DNA of 64,000 nucleotides. Origin: Macrostomum lignano (taxonomy: Eukaryota). The notes beneath the pieces were generated by a model. That model did no database searches. It saw nothing but the letters and a program-made list of their open reading frames with translations, and was not told the origin of the DNA. This document shows, piece after piece, positions 24,601 through 36,592 of the stretch. The stretch is taken from NCBI GenBank assembly GCA_002269645.1, contig NIVC01002509.1, forward strand, positions 62,001 to 126,000, given 5' to 3'. The first letter of the stretch is position 1. Every line of letters starts with the position of its first letter. Position numbers and translations under genes: made by a program.

Positions 24601-27600
24601 ATTATATTGCCTTTCACCCGAGGCTTCCCCTTAGCGATGCGGCGCTTCTCTCTCAGACTTAAAATTTCGTAGTAGCGCTCCAACGGCATCATGAAGCTGC
24701 CGGCTAGGGCGCAGTTAAGCACCAGTGCCGACAGGATCATAAGCGTACCGCGCCAAGAGAAGTGCTCAATTGTCCGATCGATTAGCACCGAAAATATTGC
24801 GGTGCCGATGCCGCTGCCGCACACGGCGATGCCGGTGGCGAAAGCTCGCCGACTTTCGAACCAGAAGCCAACGGTGACCACGGCGGGCAGGTACACTAGG
24901 CCGAAGCTGATACCTGCGAGAGAGGGGGGCGGGACAGAGTGAGAGGGGGTAGGAGAGGCAGAGGCTGATAGAGAGGAGGGAGATGGCAGTAGAGGACGAC
25001 AGAGGGCGGAAGATGGCAGTAGAGGGCGGTAGAGAGGGCAGAAGATGGCAGGAGAAAGGGCGGAAGATGAAAGTAGAGGGCGGTAGAGAGGGCAGAAGAT
25101 GGCAGTAGAGGGCGGTAGAGAGGGCAGAAGATGGCAGTAGAGGGCGGTAGAGAGGGCAGAAGATGGCAGGAGAAAGGGCGGAAGATGAAAGTAGAGGGCG
25201 GTAGAGAGGGCAGAAGATGGCAGTAGATGGCGGTAGAGAGGGCGGAAGATGGCAGGAGAAAGGGCGGAAGAGAGGGCAGAAGATGGCAGTAGAGGTCAGA
25301 AGATGGCAGTAGAGGGCAGCAAAGAGGGCGGAAGATGGCAGTAGAGGGCGACAGAGGGCGGAAGATGACAGTAGATGGCGGAAGATGGCAGTAGAGGGCG
25401 GAAGAGAGGGCGGAAGATGGCAATAGAGGGCGGGAGAGGGCGGGAGATGGCAGTAGAGGGCGGAAGATGGCAATAGAGGGCGGGAGATGGCAGTAGAGGG
25501 CGAAAGATGGCAATAGAGGGCGGGAGAGGGCGGGAGATGGCAGTAGAGGAGGGCGGAAGAGAGGGCGGAAGATGGCAATAGAGGGCGGGAGAGGGCGGGA
25601 TATGGCAGTAGAGGGCGGTAGAAGGGGTGGGACGCCAGAGAGACTGGATGAAGGGAATAGATTTCCCAACAACAACAGATAATTACTATTACACTAACAG
25701 ATGACAGGTTAATAAAGTTCGAGTAGAACTTTTTTCAGCCCACTAACAGGCCAGCTTAACCTCTTAATTCGGCCTTATTAAGCAACAACAAAAAATTACG
25801 CAATTGATTACGTTTTAGTTGGACAAATTGAACTGTCTAAGAGTTTCCGGTTTGCCGTATGCAAAATGCTGCGATATGATAGACGTGGCACTAAACATTT
25901 CTTATAAAGGTGCAGCCCAAGAGGCCACTAGCGCGCTGCCAATACAACCGTGAAATGTTGAAAAGCAGAACTGATGTTTATCAAGTAAGTCAGCCTATAA
26001 AGTTACCTGGAGTTGCAATGCGATACTTAGCTAACTATAACTTAATTTGGATATGGTAGCAACAAATCTGTCTCCACAGTCTGTACACAGACTGACTGGA
26101 AAGCCTCCATACAGTCTGCAAGCCGTAACAAACAGCCCCACACCAAATTGAATTCTAATGTAATTTCTATACTGAACCTAAAGCTTTAATGATTGTAAAC
26201 TGATTTTATTGATATAATAATCATTATTACATTACTGACAGGTGTCAACAGATAGTATGCGTGTACCGACGTTTACCCATCAACATGCATCAATTTATAG
26301 AAATTTTAATGAAAAAATACACTTATCTTTATAACTCACCTCCTAGTACCCCGAATATAACAACAAATGCGTAGAAGTTTGTAAGATAAGAGGCTATGAA
26401 GAATGACAAGCAGGCCAATACTGAGCCAGCCATAACCACTGGCCTGGAGCCAAATGTGTTTGCCAGAGCCGAGCTGATGGGACCTGCGGGTGAGAAAGGA
26501 GCAAGCATTCATATGTACTTCTTATTCTTACAATATTAACCATGATCTTAGTTACCATTCTTAGAATGATCTGATTCCTATTCATAGAAAGATCTAGTTC
26601 CCATTCATAGAATGATCTAGCTTCCATTCATAGAATGATCTGGTTCCTATTCATAGAATGATCTAGTTCCCATTCATAGAATGATCTAGTTCCCATTCAT
26701 AGAATGATCTAGTTCCCATTCATAGAATGATCTAGTTCCCATTCATAGAATGATCTAGTTCCCATTCATAGAATGATATAGTTCCCATTCATAGAATGAT
26801 CTAGCTTCCATTCATAGAATGATCTAGTTCCTATTCATAGAATGATCTAGTTCCCATTCATAGAATGATCTAGTTCACATTCATAGAATGATCTGGTTCC
26901 CATTCATAGAATGATCTAGTTCCCATTCATAGAATGATCTGGTTTCCATTCATAGAATGATCTAGTTCCTATTCATAGAATGATCTAGCTCCTATTCATA
27001 GAATGATCTAGCTCCCATTCATAGAATGATCTAGCTCCTATTCATAGAATGATCTAGTTTCCATTCATAGAATGATCTGGTTCCTATTCATAGAATAATC
27101 TGGTTCCCATTCATAGAATGATCTGGTTCCTATTCATAGAATGATCTGGTTCCTATTCATAGAATGATCTAGTTCCCATTCATAGAATGATCTAGCTCCC
27201 ATTCATAGAATGATCTAGTTCCTATTCATAGAATGATCTAGCTCCCATTCATAGAATGATCTAGTTCCCATTCATAGAATGATCTAGTTTCCATTCATAG
27301 AATGATCTAGTTTCCATTCATAGAATAATCTAGTTTCCATTCATAGAATGATCTAGTTCCCATTCATAGAATGATCTAGCTCCCATTCATAGAATGATCT
27401 AGCTCCCATTCATAGAATGATCTAGTTCCCATTCATAGAATGATCTAGTTCCCATTCATAGAATGATCTAGCTCCCATTCATAGAATGATCTAGCTCCCA
27501 TTCATAGAATGATCTAGTTCCCATTCATAGAATGATCTAGTTCCCATTCATAGAATGATCTAGCTCCCATTCATAGAATGATCTAGCTCCCATTCATAGA

Positions 27601-29172
27601 ATGATCTAGTTCCCATTCATAGAATGATCTAGTTCCCATTCATAGAATGATCTAGCTCCCATTCATAGAATGATCTAGCTCCCATTCATAGAATGATCTA
27701 GTTCCCATTCATAGAATGATCTAGCTCCCATTCATAGAATAATCTAGCTCCCATTCATAGAATGATCTAGTTCCCATTCATAGAATGATCTAGCTCCCAT
27801 TCATAGAATGATCTAGCTCCCATTCATAGAATGATCTAGCTCCCATTCATAGAATGATCTAGTTCCCATTCATAGAATGATCTAGCTCCCATTCATAGAA
27901 TGATCTAGCTCCCATTCATAGAATGATCTAGTTCCCATGCATAGAATGATCTAGTTCCCATTCATAGAATGATCTAGCTCCCATTCATAGAATGATCTAG
28001 CTCCCATTCATAGAATGATCTAGCTCCCATTCATAGAATGATCTAGTTCCCATGCATAGAATGATCTAGTTCCCATTCATAGAATGATCTAGCTCCCATG
28101 CATAGAATGATCTAGTTCCCATTCATAGAATGATCTAGTTCCCATTCATAGAATGATCTAGCTCCCATTCATAGAATGATCTAGTTCCCATTCATAGAAT
28201 GATCTAGCTCCCATTCATAGAATGATCTAGTTCCCATTCATAGAATGATCTAGTTCCCATTCGCTTACTGTACTTACTTATAGACTAATTTTATGAGTTT
28301 ATAAAAGCCGGGACAGATGAGGTCAAAAATATTTTTACCTAACTAAGCACCAGAATCCGTATGCCAAGGTGCTCCTAACTCGCACCCGTTTTCATAGACA
28401 AATAGGAATAAAAGTGAAGAAAAATATTCAGCCAGGAAAATGGTTCTTGGGTACAGTTTCAGTTCATGTTCTTTAGAGTGCGGTGCAGGCACTGCGTGCG
28501 ACACAGTTTGCTAATTTTTTTCATCTCCCCACTAGTACCGACTCCTGCACAGCAACTATATCTGCGCACACTGCTGGAAATGTCACGCTGCATTTCCTAC
28601 CATCCAAGTAGCGCCTCCATTATGCTCGTACATTTAGAACGAAAAACAAATATTAAAATCATAAATTGCCACACTGCTTAAACACTTCACAAATCGAAAA
28701 AAATCAACTGTTCTTTAAGATAAGTACCCTCCATTGAATTCTCCTTTTCATGGAAATCTCCTCATCGTGGAATTCTTCTCTCCATGGAACTTTCCTCTGT
28801 AAACCTCTTTTCCTCTATTCCTATGTAAACTGTAACTTTGCTTTAAACAGTAACTTTACTGTAAACAGTAACTGTAAACTCACCCATGAGCAGGTAGGCG
28901 CCGGTCAGGCTTGAGCCGGCAAAGGACAGCTGAGAGTCGGACGCGCCAACAAAGGAAGTGGCGATGTGGTCGCGCATGACGCCAAACGAGAAGCAGAAGC
29001 CGTCAACTAAAGCGTTGCACAGGAAAGAGCCGAGCACGATTAGCCAGGCGTAGCCTTTGTCAGGCGGATTTGGCGGAGACAGCTGGACTTCTTCTTTTGA
29101 AGGCAGCAAATTTGAGCACACTTGCGGCTGCTCCTGCTCCGCCTGAGCAATAGCGTCTCCTTCTTCCACCAT
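18603..29172 (-). CDS. Monocarboxylate transporter, SLC16/MFS family, ~810 aa with a large central loop; exons 29172-28884, 26483-26340, 24913-24555, 23311-22513, 21130-21008, 20687-20541, 19174-18603
   Basis: SLC16 N-terminal motif PPDKGYAWLIVLGSFLCN, then GPISSALANTFGSRPV, GISFGLVYLPAVVTVGFWFESRRAFATGIAVCGSGIG, ANTVGRIVAG|GW and GLDRLTNAYGLLLLFQG. All six junctions are GT-AG and in phase. The subfamily cannot be resolved by eye. Confidence 0.9.
19306..20410. repeat. 33-bp minisatellite (CTATCAAAGTATGTCAGACTGTCTAATGTTCAT) ~33 copies, MCT intron 6
   Basis: Tandem units with variant blocks. Confidence 0.96.
20709..20970. repeat. 36-bp minisatellite (TGGGATCTGGGACTTCAGGGACTGGCTGCTTCTTGC) ~7 copies, MCT intron 5
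   Basis: Tandem units read directly. Confidence 0.95.
21205..22465. repeat. 11-bp quasi-palindromic minisatellite (GATTCGGAATA and variants) with an internal ~497-bp duplication, MCT intron 4
   Basis: Identical variant strings recur at 21654 and 22151. Confidence 0.95.
23500..24035. repeat. 33/34-bp minisatellite (CTAGAAACATGAATACAGCCAATAGACTGTTTC), MCT intron 3
   Basis: Tandem units read directly. Confidence 0.95.
24130..24442 (-). mobile_element. tRNA-derived SINE with a CORE/MIR-like central block and (ATT)n tail
   Basis: On the minus strand: head GGCTGTTGTCTTGGTGGTTAG (A-box-like) ... GGTTCGATTTC (B-box-like, 24391-24381); body TGTCCTTGAAAAAGACACTTAACTCTGCATTACTTCAGTTCATCTAGCTATAAAATGGGTGCC, resembling the MIR/CORE block; ends in ATTATTATTATT at ~24144-24130. 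Confidence 0.75.
24950..25625. repeat. GA-rich 12/20-bp composite minisatellite (GAGGGCGGAAGATGGCAGTA), MCT intron 2
   Basis: Tandem variant units. Confidence 0.93.
26575..28262. repeat. 23-bp minisatellite (ATAGAATGATCTAG(T/C)TCCCATTC) ~73 copies, MCT intron 1
   Basis: Tandem units read directly. Confidence 0.97.
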
Positions 29173-32100
29173 CTTGTGCGTGTTTGTCTTGAGCGATTTG
29201 CTTAAAACTAACAGACCGCGAGAGGGCCGCTGTGCAGTAATAGTTTGCAGCTGAATTTAGCGGCTAAATATCATTAAGCAAAAAGGCGGGTGACTGAATA
29301 TGCCTGTTTTTTTCTCTTTTTTTAAGGCACCGTTAAGTGCTGCCTGCCCCAGCGCTATGCGATCATCAAAATATTCTGGCATCCAATCCGGAAAGAGCCA
29401 AATCGAGAGACAGAGAAAGATAGAGAGAGAAATGTAGAGAGAAAGAAGAGGACGAAATAAGTGACCTGAATGCGACTTAACAAATATAGAAACCGTTTCT
29501 GACACGTTTTCGATTCCTTAGATTTGAAACATTTACTTGGAAAGATTTAGAGAGACCCAGAAAAAGGACAAGAAAAGAACATGGTGCAAAGATCAAAAAC
29601 AGTTCAAAAAAGAAATCAGAAAACAGTGGGCATAGTACTTTAGCCTTGTGCTGGCAAATTGGATTATAGAGAGCAAAATTTAAACACTGAACCTCATACT
29701 ACTTACAATAGTATAAGTATGAATTGATTTATAGCAGTAAGGAAATTTTTTTAATATAATTATAATGACCTTTTATATCTAATAAAAAATCTAATTATAG
29801 TTGCGAGTTTTACTTTAGACTACTGAAAAGAGTAGACAAATAAAGATTTGAGTTATAAAATCTTTCACATAGCCCAAAAATGCTGCCATTATAGAAATAT
29901 TAGTGCACATAAGCAGTAGTGGGAGAAGTCATAATAAGGCTATGCTGATTGATAAAGGCAAACAAGCCAAAAACTAACCTCAGTCCACTTGTGAGGTTTG
30001 ACCCCCACTTTTAGTATCATATTACTGAATACAAGATAAAAAGGTTGTATTTTAGCTATAGCTTTATTTTGCATTTGGATGCTTATATAACTAAGAGATA
30101 AGTAGCTAGAAAAAAATTTACATTTTTATCATCAAATGTATTAGCATAAGATAGGAATAGATAAAAATATATTAAGTAGAATAGTATACTATATTATAAG
30201 ATGGTATATCATATTTCTATTTATCTTCAAGATTGGCAAAAAGTGACAAAAATGGACTTGTATATAATTTAGGAGCTGTTGTGAATGCCAACTTAAGCTC
30301 ATAAAGTAGGGTTTCTAATTATCCCCTTGCTTGTTCTCTCTTTTCTAAGTCCAATTCTTATTGCTTTCTTACCTAATCTAGCTTTCTAGTGTTGCTATGA
30401 GCAGAATGACATATCATTTGTGTATATAAGTCACTCTGGCTCCATTTAATGAGCTTAAGTTTATATGCCTTTTTCTATAACTGCATAACTTTCTTGCTAT
30501 ACTTGCAATGCATTAGTGATACTTGGCAAGAATGCTATAGATAGAGAATTAGGACCTGTTGTTTCTAGCTAATATGGCTATAAGAATGCAGCTATGAATA
30601 GTATTCTTCAGATTGTCTACCTTTTCTCTCTTTCCTCTCTTCCTTTCTTACTTCTTTCTTTTCTCTATCTCCTTATTTCTTTGCTCATTTTTCTTTACTT
30701 TCTCTTCTTTTATCTCTTTCCTTTCTTCTTTCTCTTTTTTTTTCTCTTATACATTTTTCTTCTTTCTCTCTCTTTTTTCTCTTTTCTTTCCCTCTCCTAT
30801 TTCTTTTTATAACTGTTAATTAAATAAAGTGACAAAATTTCCTGCTTAGCAAGATTTAATATAAGAGTAATGGCCATGTTAAGTTAAGTAGTTGGTTCCC
30901 AAGAAGATTAGATAGTGGAAACCTTTTGAATACTTTGTAGTCTAGCCTTTTTTGATAGTGGCAAACACCGGGCAACCTACTTATTGGTTTTAACAATATT
31001 TTCAACTCAAAGTTTAGATTGTATATTAGAATATACTAGGTCTAATGCCAGAAAAAATTATTAGACCTTGTTTGTACATTGGAACTAACAAAACAAATGT
31101 GTCATTGACAAAATGTTTCTACTATGTCATGTATGCTTGGGTATATGCTATTATAAACTAAAAAATGGCAAGTACCTTTATTATACATTGGGAAATCCTG
31201 GCGTACATATAGCTTTCCAAAATATGTTGCTAAGTCCCTAACCCAAGGGATTTGAAAGCTTATATTATGAAAAGTAAAAATAGTCATCTTAATATTTGTT
31301 AGTGTTAATTGTTCTAGGCTTTCCCTGGATATCCTATTATCATTATTAATTAGTTATAGAGATTATAGAAAATAAAACATACAAACCTTAGAGATTTAGT
31401 ATATTTAGATATAAAAATTCAAAGTTTCTAACCAACTTATCCCTTTGGGCCATAGATATTCCCAAGCATCAGTGCTATATCAAACAATAGAATTCCTGCA
31501 TTTTTGTACCAATCTAAAAAAACTTCAAAACTTTGAATAATTGTTAAATATAATTACAAATTGCTAGAGACAAAAAAGCAAAAAGCAAAATTGTTAATTT
31601 TACTACTTTAATAACTTGGAGAATATCCAAACATGCTAAAATCTGCTTTTTAGGTAGTGAAAGTGTGAAAAGCATCAAAAAAATAGTTTATATTAAAAAA
31701 ATTGAGGATACTAGAAAGGCATTGCTAGAGATAGAACAAAGTGCTTAATAGCTTAGAGAGTATCCAAACATGCTAAAATCAGTTTCTTAGATGGAAAAAG
31801 TATGAAAAAAATTGAAAAAAGTTTGAAAAATGATTTAAGAAAAATGCCATAAAATCATTGCTAGGCCTAGAGTCTAGGCATAGTTTTTTATTTTATAAGC
31901 ATTAGGCCCTAATCTTAAGTAGGCCCTAGGCTTAAATAAAACAGATTCGGATTTACAACTAGAATTACTAACACAATACAATTTATTATTTTATTACATT
32001 TTTATAGTTTAGGTTCATAGTTTTATAGGCCTTTTTAATTAATGTTTTAATTTAAGGCTAGCAAGCAAAAGTGCAACTAAGGGGGATAAGAAAGGGAAAT

Positions 32101-33306
32101 TTGCCCTTCTTGGCCCTTAGGTGAAGACTTGATAAAAATCAACTAATTAAGAGGGGAGTTGGGGGACCAAGTGCATTTTTGCCAAAATACTAAGCCAGCC
32201 CCTTTGCCCCTCTTCTTGCCTTGGTCTTTACAATCTAGAATCTGCCCCCTTTCAAAAAATTTCTGGTTGCTCCACTGCTGGCAAAAGTGAAGCCAAAAAA
32301 ATTATAACAGTTTGCATTTAATGCTTTAGAAAGAAATTTCATTGAATTTATTTTATTGAGTGGATTCCAGTCATCTTTCTAAGCTTCTAATACATTTTCT
32401 GGCTCACTGGCTGTAACTCGTAATGTTTGTTAATAGTTATTGTAAGTAGGCCTAACCATGTAGGAAAGAAAAGAATGGGGTGCTAATCTGAGAGACTTAT
32501 TTTTGTTTTGCTTACTTTCGAATTTTTGCATCCTGGTACATCCGTTCTATTTTATTGGCTCTTGTCTCTTGAATGCCACAGACGACAGCAGTTTATTTGT
32601 TATTGTTTCCCTTCCCAAGTTCGTCTGATTGATATCATATATATTAGTGTTACACCAAAAACTAGACTTATCTTAGAACGTTTCATTACATTTAATTCTC
32701 ATCTTACGTTATTACGATCGCACGATTCGCATGGAATGATGCGATATCAATCTGGCAATCTGGGAATTCAGAACTGAACTTGGGAACAGAGCAAATTGAC
32801 CATGTATAGTTCTTGGAAAATATCTTGAATTTAAAATAACGCATTAGAACTTGTTATAACATAAGTATATCCTAAGTATTTAGATGAATTATCATTAATT
32901 GCTGCAGCATAATCTATTAGAAGGCCTCTTATTGGAATCAAAATTTTTATTGTTTTTCAACATGATCCGTTTTCATTAGCTTTTTATACACGATTTCACC
33001 GTGTGCAGTTTCTATAGCAAAACTACACGTGCAGTCCAAGCTGAACAGTTCATATGTTCACATGCGATGCAAGTTTTTTTTATTGTTTCGACTCGATATT
33101 GTTTTCATCAAGGTGCCGAACTTGCCTGCTGGATTACTATTGCGTGGTCTGTAAATTTGTATTTTTGTAAGGATGACAATTGTTTGGATGTCCATATCCT
33201 AAAAGCGGATCGAAAAGGAAGAACACTGAATACATGAATTGATAGAGGAGGCCAGAAAAATATTGAAATACGAATTACATGGCATGTGTACATACCATCG
33301 AATACG

Positions 33307-34096
33307 TACGAAGGGTACTGCAAAAGTGTAGCCACTTGGCATTTTTAGCCATACGCTGTTTGTCGGCTATCAGTTTCATTTTCCATAGGCTTACATGACA
33401 ATAAATGAATATGATGGATAATCTTGCAGCGTTCAGCCACTAGGGCCAGATAACTTCAGCACCTCTGTCCACTTTTAAAGCGGAGCTCCTGAAATTGACC
33501 GCGAATCGCGAGCATTTTCTTGCCATAATGATTTTTTATGACTATACCGCAGCGTCCTTGATTGCCGCCAGTGCAACGAAAGGCTATCAGTGGTTTCGCA
33601 GAAGCGGCTCCATCGCCTGCGACCGTCAGCAACTGGTTCTGTGAGTTTCTTCCTGGCTGAGACTCGTTGAAAGATAAGCGCGTACACGCCGACCTTCAAC
33701 TACATGTACCACGACACCATGCAGAAACTGCAGTGGCTCGATCGTGTCCGCCAGCTGGTTGAAGCTAACAAGCAGATAATTTACAAGGAGATCGAAGCAT
33801 CCCTGGCATCCATTCGCCGGCAATTGCTAAAACTCTCACGACCACATCGGCTTGCGAATACTGATCATAGATAGGTGTGCCCCACCTGCTGCAGCCTGAG
33901 CAAAACGGGCCAGGGTCGATTGGTGCCACCAGATGCTTCAGAAGTACAGCGATATAGTGTCGAAATCGGTCGTCGACATCGTGACATGCGACAAGACTTG
34001 GGTGTACTGCTACACTGTACGAGCCAGAGCGCAAGCGCAAGTCGCAGGTTTTCAGACGAGGTGCCACCAACGAAGGTCCTACAAGGCTTTAACTCC
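33307..34096 (+). mobile_element. Mariner transposon 5' half, transposase pseudogene
   Basis: TA followed by a TIR-like CGAAGGGTACTGCAAAAGT at 33307-33327. Frameshifted peptides REHFLAIMIFYDY, APSPATVSNWFCEF, VRQLVEANKQIIYKEIEASL, VPHLLQPEQ, RVDWCHQMLQKY, IVTCDKTWVYCY (degenerate IVTGDETW catalytic motif) and VFSDEVPPTKV. No 3' half or right TIR was found. Confidence 0.85.
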
Positions 34097-34099
34097 CGG

Positions 34100-35172
34100 A
34101 CGCGTCTCCTCTGGACTGATCGTTCGTGACTGCAGCCGCCGCAGCGACTACCCGACGACCACCATGCCAAGCAGCCCTGCCCGTCGACCGCGACTCCTGA
34201 TTGTTATCTTTATAGATTTTAAGAAGGCATTCGACTCTGTCGTCAAGGTCTGTGCTCCCAAAAGGTGCTCCGTGCGTACAACGTGCCAGATCGAGCAGCT
34301 GATTTCCGCCATCATAGCGATGTACTGTGATACGAAAGCTGCTGTTTCAACATCGGATGGCCTAGCTATCGGACTTATTTGAGACATCCTCCGGGGTGCT
34401 TTAGGGAGATACGCTTGCGCCGTTCCTGTTCGTTCTGGTGCTTGACTGGGTGCTGCGGACCGCTCTTCCTACCATGAAATGACGACGGCTTTCTGTTGCG
34501 GCGACGCGTGGGTCGACGTCAAAAAGAGAGGCGCCTCAGCGTGCCTCGGCGTACGACGATCTCGCCCTGCTGTTCTCAACTGTCGAGGGCGCCCAGCGAC
34601 AACTGGACAAGCTAGTTTCTGTTGCGGCGAGTGTCGGCCTGGAGGTCAACACGCAGATGGGCTGCCTTTCGTTCTGTGAGAGCAGTCCTGCGGTCCGAGG
34701 CCTTACCTGACCGTGATCGAGACCATCCTTGCTATACAACGGCCGAGACCTGGACGCTGACGGAGTCGCTCGAGCAACAAGTTAACGCGGCGCACGCTGG
34801 CCTGCTGGCGTAGCCGCCTTCAAAATGGGCTACGAGCAAGTGACCAACGCGGCTTTGTATCGCCGCGTCGGCCTGGTCCGTCTAAGCGACCTGCTGTGCC
34901 GTCGGCAACTCTAGCTGACAGGCCACATCATCTGCGCCGAGTCGTACTACCCAGAGCCGGTGGAGGAGGTGCTGCTGCTAACGCTGCAGGCACCCTACCG
35001 GCAGCTGGGCAGGCGCGCACTCGGCGTTTCGTCGACTGCCTGCTGGCTGACGCCGGCGCCCCGGATTCAGCCGGCGGCGTGGCGTTCATTCGTGACCTGG
35101 CCTTGAAGCGCGCCCTGTGACGCTAACTGCGTATTATGTTGTTGTTTTTGTTTTTGTTGTTGTTTTTGTTGT
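34100..35172 (+). mobile_element. 5'-truncated, decayed non-LTR retrotransposon (RTE-like reverse transcriptase) with a (TTG/TTTTTG)n tail
   Basis: Peptides IFIDFKKAFDSV, SGVL*GDTLAPFLFVLVLDWVLRT, AYDDLALL (degenerate YADD) and AETWTLTESLEQQVNAAHAGLL; stop at 35120 followed by a TTGTTGTTTTTG tail. Stops and frameshifts are present. The clade assignment is by recall only. Confidence 0.8.
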
Positions 35173-35728
35173 GGTATGAAATGTGAGTAGTGAATGCGCC
35201 GGCCGCAGGGCATGGAATAGAAGCTGAGGATCAAAGTGGAAGATCACAGACTATGAGTATGAGCCGAACTTAAATCATCATAACAGTAAACAATACTTCT
35301 AAATAAGTCCCTGTAGGAGGTGAATCACGAGAGAATCCTGCGACCCGCACTTGCCGCATCCCCTGCTGCATCGAACTCATCCAGAATAAAGACATTAAGA
35401 TGGCGTTATATTTATTTATTATTTGTTTATTATTAGTTATTTACAATCGACCCTTGGAATCTTGGGGCTCAGGAGGGAATCGTAGTTTAAAACCGCTCAC
35501 CAGCTATAAGATCCCCCTATGCAAAATTCCTCGTTTCCAGCACTGACTAGACTTGTCCTTGTATGCCTCGCATAGAGTCCCTTAATCGGCCATTTCTAGT
35601 ACAGTTGGGTCAAGAAGCTTCGTCCTTTACAGGCCGGGAGTCCCGTCTCGCTAGTGGGAGTTTTTACTTGGTGTACTCCAGCACAGGTGACTGGTGGCGG
35701 CCGCGCTTCTGGCGTGTACCTTCAAACC

Positions 35729-35927
35729 CGGGCCCGCTGTCGAGATTGCCCGCAGTGCAATTTGCTTACGAGTGAACTGCCCGCGAACGAGTTGCCCGTC
35801 GAGTTTTTTCCGCCGAGGTTTGCCCGCAGTTCTTTTTTCCTGCAGCGCATTTAGCCAGTTCAGTTCACTTGTGGGCTATTTCCACTGCGGGCAGTTCTCG
35901 GTGGGCAAATCTCGGCAGGCAGACCCG
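35729..35927. mobile_element. Possible small MITE with GAACTGCCC/ATTTGCCC-containing inverted termini
   Basis: Left GGGCCCGCTGTCGAGATTGCCCGCAGTG versus the reverse complement of the right end GGGTCTGCCTGCCGAGATTTGCCCACCGAGAACTGCCCGCAGTG. No TSD seen. Confidence 0.4.
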
Positions 35928-36592
35928 ACGAGGCCTTGTTGCTGTACCTTTCAGCGCCAGAGCCCAGGGTTTGCACAGGTGTCTTCATGCAGCCCGGGTT
36001 ACGTCAGTTCGACATATACATTAAATACGGTGCAAATGTGGTATTGTACATTCACCCCTCGTCAGCAAGTGCAGTCGCATCTTAGACAGCCTGACGTGTT
36101 ATGTAATATAAACATGTGACGTATTTCCACATGTAATTGTTCATTTTAAGGCAACCGATCCATATAGAACTTCGTCGGCAACACTAAGACCGATGCACGG
36201 ACCCTTCAAGAAACAGTATGCATGTATACGCGTTTAAGGCGACCTAACAGACTGTCGATATTACATGTAAACGAGACGACTCCGCCAGTAAAACTTTATA
36301 CAATTTGTATTAAATTGTATTAGTTAATAGACGATCGACACGCAAAATACAATTCTTATATACTTGATGCAAGTACATTTTAAAGTAGTGTTAAAATGTA
36401 TAACATCTGCGACTTGTTTAAAATTTCTTTCTTGACATTGTCTATGGCTTAAAAAGGCAGGACACGGACGGAACCGAATGCGAGCATAAAAATTGAACGA
36501 CAACAAACAGAGCTGGTTTACATGTAGAAAAGTTAATTACCCAAATAAATAGAAGCATCACTAATTTCAACGAGAATACACTGTACGTCGCC

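Noticed and set aside
1250-28262. Consistent polarity of array degeneration relative to transcription or the chromosome
   Set aside because: Some arrays decay on the left (14150, 26500), others on the right (12385, 20340) or at both ends; there is no consistent rule.
30594-30819. Hydrophobic Phe/Leu-rich ORFs as membrane peptides
   Set aside because: Translation of a TC-rich low-complexity tract.
29513-32418. Fungal-style RIP signature (TpA excess)
   Set aside because: A spot count gave similar TpA density in AT-rich flanks (34 versus 36 per 300 bp) and CpA is retained; only the CpG loss is distinctive.
35405-35720. Possible second SINE/retroposon 3' end (minus strand, AATA-rich tail at 35408-35440)
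   Set aside because: No recognisable A/B boxes, TSD or coding remnant; too weak to call.
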